Position numbers and translations under genes: made by a program. From NCBI GenBank assembly GCA_963808735.1, contig CAWEHE010000012.1, positions 55,051 through 119,050 on the forward strand: a DNA stretch of 64,000 nucleotides. Reading direction: 5' to 3'. This DNA comes from an uncultured Thermoleophilia bacterium (lineage in GTDB: Bacteria > Actinomycetota > Thermoleophilia > UBA2241). The notes below the pieces were generated by a model, which saw only the letters and a program-made list of their open reading frames with translations, did not search any database and was not told the origin of the DNA. Shown piece by piece: positions 57,594 to 64,000 of this stretch. The stretch's first letter is position 1. Each line of letters opens with the position of its first letter.

Positions 57594-58211
57594 CTACTCG
57601 TCGGCGATGACCCAGACGACGACGTCGCCCGGCCCGTGCACGCCCATGCACGACACGTAGCCGATGTCCATGCTGCGGCTCGGGCCGGTCATGAACGTGA
57701 CGCAGGCAGGGAGGTCGGGCCGATCCGTCGCGGCGAGGCGCGCGGTGATGTCACCGAGCCGCGGAACCAGGCCCGACGCCGGTACAAAGACCCCGGCCGC
57801 CGGCGGCACCAGCGACGACGCCCTGGGCGTGCCGGCGTCGTGCCACAGCACCACGCTGCCGGTCTCAGCGATCGCCCAGCGGGCCTCGCTGAGGCCGAAG
57901 TCGGCGGCCCTGGGGTCGCCGGCGCACAGGCTCTCGACGGCCGGCCAGCGCAGCGCCGCCGGGCAGTCCAGACCTTGCCAGCCGCGCTCCGCGACCAGGC
58001 GCTCGACCGCCGCCTGCGCTTCGGCTCGGCCGCTGACGACAACGGCGGCGCCGGCGGCCTCGGCGAGCCGCTCGGCGAAGCGCCGCATCAGCGCGTCGCG
58101 GTCGGCGCCGGCAGGCGCGCCCGCGGCACGGCGCGGGACCGGCGGCACGGGAGCGCCTCGCCGGCGCCCCAGACGCGCCGCCACCCGGTCGAGATAGCGC
58201 TCGCGCTCCAC
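57594..58211 (-). CDS. lutC: Lactate utilization protein C (LUD domain)
   Basis: VERERYLDRVAARLG...DALMRRFAERLAEAAGAAVVV...FGLSEARWAIAETGSVVLWHD...SSLVPPAAGVFVP...VPRLGD...TFMTGPSRSMDIG. The GTG lies 2 nt after the lutB stop. No frameshift detected. Confidence 0.75.
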   Translation of the reverse strand: MERERYLDRVAARLGRRRGAPVPPVPRRAAGAPAGADRDALMRRFAERLAEAAGAAVVVSGRAEAQAAVERLVAERGWQGLDCPAALRWPAVESLCAGDPRAADFGLSEARWAIAETGSVVLWHDAGTPRASSLVPPAAGVFVPASGLVPRLGDITARLAATDRPDLPACVTFMTGPSRSMDIGYVSCMGVHGPGDVVVWVIADE

Positions 58212-58213
58212 CG

Positions 58214-59632
58214 TCAGCTCCCCCGCCCGCCGGTGTCGCGCCAGCGGCGACGGAAGCTCCGCGGCGCCGGCACTCTGAGGTCGCGGGCGGCCGTCCACTT
58301 GCCCAGCACGCCCGGGGCCGAGCGCACGAAACCGCCGGGCGCGAACGGCTGCGCCAGCGCGCCGGCGAGGCGCAGAGCCGCGCCCCACACGGCGGGGCGC
58401 GTCGTGATCTCCGCGTAGCCGCGCATACCGGCGCGCCAGCTCTGCGGCTGCCGCCCCGACGCCACGGATTCGGCGCGCAGCGCCAGCAGCAGCTCTGTCA
58501 GCGGCACGCGCGCCGGGCAGGCGTCCACGCAGGCGCCGCACAGGCTGGACGCGTACGGCAGCTCGCCGTGGTCATCGAGGCCGCAGAGCAGCGGCGTCAG
58601 CACGGCGCCGATGGGCCCCGATAGACGGAGTCGTAGGCGTGGCCGCCGATGCACCCGTACACCGGGCAGTGGTCGAGACAGGCCCCGCAGCGCACGCACT
58701 TGAGCACCGGCTCGTACTGCGTGCCGAGGATCCGCGAGCGGCCGTTGTCCAGCAGCACCACGTGCAGCTCGTCCGGCCCGTCCCGGTCGCCGTCGCGCCG
58801 CGGGCCGGAGATCGCGCTGACGTAGGTCGAGATGCGCTGGGAGGTGCCGGCGCGGGTGAGCAAGGTAGCGCGGTGTCGAGGCTCTCCCAGTCCGGCAGCA
58901 GCCGCTCCATGCCCATGACGGCGACGTGCGTGCGCGGCAGCGTCGTGGACATACGCCCGTTGCCCTCGTTGGTGACCAGCACGACCGTCCCCGTGGAGGC
59001 GATGCCGAAGTTGCCGCCGCTGATGCCGAGTTCGGCGGTGAGGAACTTCTCGCGCAGCCGCCGGCGCGCGTAGGCGGCCAGCACGTCGGGCTCCCCCGGC
59101 AGCTCCTCGCCGGCCTCGCGCGAGAACAGCTCGCGCACCTGCTCCAGCGTGAGGTGCAGCGCCGGGGCGATGATGTGGTACGGGTCCTCGCCGGTCAGCT
59201 GGACGATGAAGGCGCCCAGGTCGGTCTCCACGACCTCCATGCCCGCCGCCTCCAGCGCGCGCGTTGAGGTCGATCTCCTCGGTCACCATGGACTTGGCCT
59301 TGACGACGCGCCGCGCCGGGATGGAGCGCGCGACGTCCAGCACGTAGTCGCGCGCCTCGGCGGCGGTCGCCGCGAAGAACACGTGACCGCCGTTGGCCTC
59401 CACGTTCTCGGCGAACTGCGCGACGTAGTGGTCGAGGTGCGCCACGGTGTGGGCGCGGATCTCGGAGAGCGCGTCGCGCCAGGCCTCCTTGTCGTCCAGC
59501 TCGCCCATGGCCTCGACGTAGGCCTCCTGGCCGAGCCGCTGGAAGTCCGCCAGCCACTCCTGCAGGCGGCGGTCGCCGAGGGACCGCGTCGACGGCGGCG
59601 TCGAACCGCTCGCGTTCCGCGCTCGTCGTCAC
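58214..59632 (-). CDS. lutB: Lactate utilization iron-sulfur protein LutB; about 4 frameshifts
   Basis: MTTSAERERFDAAVDAV / DRRLQEWLADFQRLGQEAYVEAMGELDDKEAWRDALSEIRAHTVAHLDHYVAQFAENVEANGGHVFFA...VVKAKSMVTEEIDLN / VETDLGAFIVQLTGEDPYHIIAPALHLT...ISGGNFGIASTGTVVLVTNEGNGRM...THVAVMGMERL / ...LKCVRCGACLDHCPVY / ...SLCGACVDACPARVPL. Confidence 0.8.
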
Positions 59633-60381
59633 GGGCCGGCCTCTCCGCCACGGTCCTGCGCGTCCAGCCCTCGGCCAGCACCTGCGCCAGGTGCTTGACG
59701 GCCACGCGGGCGCCGCGGCGCCGCAGCCGCCCGCCGATGTTCATCAGACAGCTCATGTCGAGGCCGACCAGCACGCCGGCGCCCGTCTCCTGCACGTGGC
59801 CGGCCTTGCGGTCGACCATCTCGGCGGAGATCGCCGCCATCTTGACGGCGAAGGTGCCGCCGAAGCCGCAGCAGTCCTCAGCGCGCGGCAGCGGCCGGTA
59901 CTCGAGGCCGTCGACCATCCCGAGCAGGCGCTCCGGTCCTTCACGCACGCCGAGCATGCGCATGGTGTGGCAGGAGTGGTGCATCGTGGCCACGCCGCGG
60001 TAGGTGACGGGAAGGCGCTCGACGCCGAGCACGTCGACGAGGAACTGGCTGAACTCCCAGGTGCGCGCCGCCAGCGCCTCCGCCCGCGCGCGCTCGCGGC
60101 CGCGGCGGGAACAGGCCCGGGTAGTGGTGGCGCACCATGGCCGCGCACGACCCCGAGATCGAGACGACGTGCTCGCTGCCCTCGAAGGCGTCGATGAAGG
60201 CGCGCGCCGAGCGGCGCGCGTCGTCCACGTACCCGCTGTTGAAGGCCGGCTGGCCGCAGCACGTCTGGCCGGCCGGGAAGTCGACCGTCACGCCGAGGTT
60301 CCGCAGGACGGCGACGACGCTCTCGCCGACCTCGGGGTACAGGGCATCGCCGAGACACGTGACCATCAGCGATGCTCTCAC
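59631..60381 (-). CDS. lutA: Lactate utilization protein LutA ((Fe-S)-binding, CCG domains); about 2 frameshifts, 3' end approximate
   Basis: MRASLMVTCLGDALYPEVGESVVAVLRNLGVTVDFPAGQTCCGQPAFNSGY...VVSISGSCAAMVRHHYP / ...VTYRGVATMHHSCHTMRMLGV...EDCCGFGGTFAVKMAAISAEMVDRK...VLVGLDMSCLMNIGGRL. Confidence 0.8.
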
Positions 60382-60476
60382 GACCCGTCGACCTCCCGCG
60401 GCTGCGCCCGCCCGGCGCCCGCCTGCGGCGGCGCCGGGCCCACGCTAGCACGCGCGCGCGGCGCGACAAAGCTGCA

Positions 60477-60510
60477 GGAGAGCGGCCGCGCCCGCTGCGG
60501 GCCGCTCTCC
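60477..60510. repeat. Perfect 11-bp inverted repeat (hairpin/operator candidate) in the lutA / aminotransferase divergent intergenic region
   Basis: ggagagcggcc (60477-60487), 12 nt, ggccgctctcc (60500-60510). There is no flanking U/T run. It lies upstream of both divergent genes, so it is not an obvious terminator. Confidence 0.5.
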
Positions 60511-60647
60511 GCCGCCTCGGCGCGCGTCGCCGAGCCGCGGCGCCGGCCATGTGCTGCTCGCCGATTTCAACCGGAAGTGCATCCAACCGACGCTTGCTTG
60601 AATCCGCGAGTGCGACCATGTCTGTACTCGGCGCTTGCGCCCCCCGG

Positions 60648-60653
60648 TAGAAT
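60648..60653 (+). promoter_or_regulatory. -10 element (TAGAAT) positioned for a leaderless transcript of the aminotransferase gene
   Basis: TAGAAT ends 6 nt before ATG 60660. There is no Shine-Dalgarno sequence between them and no good -35. Confidence 0.35.
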
Positions 60654-60659
60654 GCGCCC

Positions 60660-61834
60660 ATGTCCTTCGTCGTCGAACCTCAGGCCATCATGCGCCCCGG
60701 CATCATCGAGCTGCGCTGGGGCGACCCCGACCCGCGGCTCATCCCCGTCGAGACGATCCGCGAGGCCATGCTGTGGGTCACCGGCACCGTCGGCGAGGCG
60801 GCGCTCAACTACGGCGTCAACGAGGGACCCGGCGCCGCGCGAGCCGCGTTCGCGGAGCACATCGCGGCCGTCGAGGGCCGGCCGGTCGACCTGCCGCAGA
60901 TCGCCGTCACCAACGGCTGCTCGCCGTCGATCCAGCTGCTCTTCGCGCACCTGGTGGAGCCCGGCGACGTGGTGTTCATGGAGGATCCGGGCTTCAGCCT
61001 CGGCATCCGCATGGCGCGCGACACGCGCCTCGACCTGGTCGCAGTGCCGCTCGACAGCGACGGCCTCGACGTCGACGCCCTGGCCGCAGGCGGTGCGGGA
61101 CGTGCGCGCGAGCGGACGCCGGCCGCGCATGGTCTACACCGTCGCCACGTTCCACAACCCGACCGGCGTGTGCATGTCGGAGGCGCGACGCCGCCGGCTC
61201 GTCGAGCTGGCCGTCGAAGAGGACCTCATCGTCGTCGAGGACGACGCCTACCGCGAGCTCTGGTACGACGAACCGCCCCTGCCGTCGCTGTGGCGGCTGG
61301 CCGGCGACGTCGACGGCGCCGACGAGCACGTGATCCGCCTGGGCAGCTTCTCCAAGACGCTGTCGCCCGGGCTGCGCTGCGGCTGGCTCACCTCCGGGCC
61401 CGGCCGCGTGCTCGAGTTCACCGAGCGCGCCGTGCTGGACAGCGCCGGCTGCATGAGCCAGTTCGGCTCGCTGGTGTGCGCGCGGCTCGTGCTCGAGGGC
61501 GCGTACGCGGCCAACGTCGAGTTCCTGCGCGGGCACTACGCCGCGCGCCGCGACGCCCTCGTCGCGGGCCTCACCGAGAGCCTGCCCGCCGGCTGCAGCT
61601 TCGAGCGCCCGGCCGGCGGCCTGTTCCTGCTCGTCCGCCTGCCCGACGGCCTCGCCTCCGGCGACCTGGTCGCGGCCGGCGAGGCCAACGGCGTCGGCTT
61701 CATGGAGGGCACGCGCTTCGCCGTCGACCGCACCGACCGCGGCATCCGCCTGGGCTTCAGCATGTACCCGCCGGACGAGCTGCGCGAGGGCGCGGCGCGC
61801 CTCGGGCCGGACCATCCGCGAGGCGCTCGCCTAG
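60660..61834 (+). CDS. Class I/II PLP-dependent aminotransferase (2-aminoadipate/ARO8/MocR-C-terminal-like); frameshifts near 61085 and 61805
   Basis: ...IELRWGDPDPRLIPVETI...LNYGVNEGPGAARAAFAEHI...IAVTNGCSPSIQLLFAHLVEPGDVVFMEDPGFS / ...RMVYTVATFHNPTGVCMS...LIVVEDDAYRELWY...VIRLGSFSKTLSPGLRCGW (PLP Lys)...RLGFSMYPPDELREGAARLG / TIREALA-TAG. Confidence 0.75.
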
Positions 61835-61859
61835 CCTGCGCCTCTCCCGGCCGAGCGTC

Positions 61860-63122
61860 TCAGGCCGCGTCGCCGGTCGCGCCGTCCCGCTCCATCGTCC
61901 CGCGCCGCGAGAGCACCAGGTACAGCGCCGCGCCGGTGAGCCCGGCGAGCAGCACGAGCACGTAGGCGCCGCGGCCGCCGAGCGCGGTCCATCGCCACGC
62001 CGCCGAAGATCGGTCCCAGCGCGACGCCCGAGGTCCACACCAGCGTCCAGGCGCCCATGTAGCGGCCGCGCAGGCGCAGCGGCGCGAGATGGGAGATGGC
62101 CGTGACGCTGAACGGCATGAGCAGCGCCGTGCCGAAGCTCACGACGACGACGAACGCCGCGGTGGCCACGCCGCGCGGCGCGAAGGCGGCGCCGAACAGG
62201 CCGACGCCCATGAAGGTGCTGGCCGCGGCCAGCACCTTCATCCGGTCGGCGTGCCGCAGGCGCCGCCCCATCGGGTACTGCACGAGCACGTTGCTGAGGG
62301 CGTAGACCGAGTACATCACGCCGACCGCGCTCGACGACATCCCCACCGTGCCCTTGAGCAGGATCGGGAACGTCATGAGGAACTGGCCGTGACAGTACAG
62401 CGGCAGCAGTGTCACGCCGGCCAGGACCAGCATGCGCCGGTCGCGAGCACCGTGAAGTAGCCGGCGAAGGTGGCACGCACGCTCTGCGTGCGCAGCGGCC
62501 AGCGCCGGCCGCGTCTCGGGGAGCCGTACGCAGCGCGATGACGAGGATGAGCGGCGCAGAAGGCGCCGCCGACGATGAACGGCCAGCGGTAGCTCGGGTC
62601 GTGGCGCAGCAGCAGGCCGCCGACCAGCGGGCCGACGACGATCCCGGCGCTCGAGGCGGTCCTGGTGATGCTGTAGCCCTCGGTGCGCCGCGCCTCGGGC
62701 AGCACGTCGCTGACGATCGCGTTGCTCGACATCTGGAACATGCCCCAGCCGCACGCCGCCTCGAAGACGATGAGCGCGACGACCAGCGGGATGCTGCGCG
62801 CGAAGGCCAGGCCGACGAACAGCACCACCGTCGCGAAGATGCCGAGCAGCATCACCGGACGGCGGCCGAGGTGGTCGAGCCACGGCGCCGCCGGCGACCT
62901 GCGCCGGCAGGCCGCCGAGCTGCGAAGCCCGTAGATCAGGCCGATGGCCGTGACCGAGATGCCGAGCTTCTCGTTGAGGTAGATGGACTCGAACGGGTAG
63001 CCGCACTCGTAGCCGAGGACGTAGATGAACCAGCCGGCGGTGAGCAGCCAGAACGGGCGGGGGAACCCGGCGGCGTGCGCCCTCAGCCGGCCCACGAACG
63101 TCGTCCCGGTCGCCGTCGCCAT
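61860..63122 (-). CDS. MFS transporter (12-TM type); about 3 frameshifts
   Basis: MATATGTTFVGRLRAHAAGFPRPFWLLTAGWFIYVLGYECGYPFESIYLNEKLGISVTAIGLIYGL.../...PVMLLGIFATVVLFVGLAFA...SNAIVSDVLPEARRTEGYSITRTASSAGIVVGPLVGGLLL / ...LVLAGVTLLPLYCHGQFLMTFPILL...VYALSNVLVQYPMGRRL...GRYMGAWTLVWTSGVALGPIFGGVAMD. It lies directly downstream of and co-directional with the mtbB-like gene. Confidence 0.7.
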
Positions 63123-63252
63123 GCCCGCCGTCGTCCTCCGAGGGCCGATGGGCCCCCGGGAACCGGCGCTGCCGCCGGGCCGGAGGCCCCGGTGTCCGCT
63201 TCACGCGCGTCCCTGCGCGGCGGCGCTTGCGCCGGCCGCGCCCGCCTGTAGC

Positions 63253-64000
63253 CTACAGCCTCTTCAGGCAGGCGATCGGGACGTCGAGCAGTTCGGAGAT
63301 GTTGCGCTTGGCCTCGATGCCCCTGCGGCAGCCGGGCACGGCGGTGATGACGCCGATGTCCAGCTCCTGGCGCAGGCCGCGCATGACGGTGGAGTCGGCC
63401 AGGTCGTCCACGCTCACGTGGAGCTTGTCGGCCACGTACTTCTTCGCCTCCGGGAGCCGCATCTTGGTGTGGAGCTGCACCCTGGCCACCAGATCTCCGG
63501 TGGTCCTGATGCCGCCCATGCCCGACGCGAGCGCGTGGCTCATCGACATGCCGTACGGGTCGCCCGTGCCGACCTACAAGCCGTCGACGCGGCCGATCTC
63601 GACCATGGCCGCGCTGGCCCTGGTGAGCACGTCGGCCGGCGGGACCTCGAACATCGGCACGCCGCCGACGCCCATGCCCACGTTGGCGTGCACGGGGATC
63701 GTGGCGACGCGCGAGCACTCCTTGACGATGGTCACCGAGCGGGCCACGTTCCACGGCACCGACCTGGCGCGAGTTGGTGTTCACGACCGGGCCGAAGATG
63801 TGGGCGCCGGCCTCCTCGACGACCTTGACCTGCTGGTGCGGCCACATGCCGGCGAGGCGCGTGCCCTTGTACTCCACCTCGCCGTGGAAGCCCGAGGACG
63901 AACTCGGCCGCCATGCCGACCTCGATGGCGAGGTTCGGTCGTCTTCGCCAGCTCCTCCACCGTCAGCAGCGTGGCGTAGAACTCGGCGTCGCCGATGGAC
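63253..64000 (-). CDS. mtbB: Dimethylamine:corrinoid methyltransferase (MtbB-like), C-terminal about 250 codons; in-frame TAG at 63574-63576 at the pyrrolysine position; about 3 frameshifts; 5' end beyond the window
   Basis: Joined minus-strand reading: [19 protein letters not shown]... / [14 protein letters not shown] / [41 protein letters not shown] / [173 protein letters not shown]. It is collinear with my recollection of Methanosarcina MtbB (...LAGLWPHQQ...GMGVGGIPM...VEIAGVDGI-Pyl-IGVGDPLGM...AAGDLVARM...ELDIGIITSVPG...). Confidence 0.8.

Noticed and set aside
1-64000. CRISPR arrays, rRNA or tRNA genes, transposases, integrases and prophage genes.
   Set aside because: No periodic repeat-spacer pattern, no tRNA-like cloverleaf in the few intergenic regions long enough to hold one, and no transposase or integrase motifs were seen in any frame. 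This was a by-eye scan only, so small elements could have been missed.

Overview
High-GC (about 70% by eye) chromosomal segment. Promoters (TTGACA-N17/18-TAnnnT), GGAGG ribosome-binding sites, lipobox/TAT signals and toxin-antitoxin content look bacterial, probably Actinomycetota-like, but I cannot place the lineage from sequence alone. I resolve about 60 genes and see no rRNA, tRNA, CRISPR array, transposase or integrase. Layout: (1) 1-14.2 kb holds envelope and membrane genes: two tandem TPM-domain proteins, two tandem DMT/EamA transporters, MntP, a DHA2 MFS pump, a fasciclin lipoprotein, DUF1622/DUF1269/DUF6159 membrane proteins, cardiolipin synthase and a UPF0104 flippase-like protein. (2) 15-29.9 kb is a minus-strand catabolic block: family-5 SBP ABC transporter, non-Pyl MttB-family methyltransferase, class III aminotransferase, archaeal-type (type II) GAPDH, archaeal-type PGK and LarA, with an Lrp/AsnC regulator and a second MttB paralog. 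(3) 30.6-44.6 kb is a 14 kb co-directional cluster: unassigned 435-aa protein, BKACE, SDR, serine hydrolase, thiolase, acyl-CoA synthetase, IorAB, SDR, ADP-forming acyl-CoA synthetase and a QueG-like Fe-S protein. (4) 44.8-53.5 kb holds Sat plus a sulfotransferase, divergent from an Lrp-regulated hydroxyacid operon (2-HADH, HisC-like, GlcD/GlcF-like, FAH). (5) 53.5-60.4 kb holds a decayed HicAB, a cytoplasmic molybdopterin oxidoreductase with its Fe-S subunit, an intact BrnTA and LutABC. (6) 60.7-64 kb holds a PLP aminotransferase, an MFS transporter and the 3' two-thirds of a dimethylamine methyltransferase (MtbB-like) gene. The MtbB-like gene carries an in-frame TAG exactly where pyrrolysine sits in methanogen MtbB, and this is the most notable signal. 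A second dominant property is that roughly half of the genes need one or more frame changes to be read through. These are very unevenly distributed: 41.2-49.8 kb has none, while 7.1-9.8 kb has a dozen or more. All family calls come from my own motif recognition, and no database search was run.
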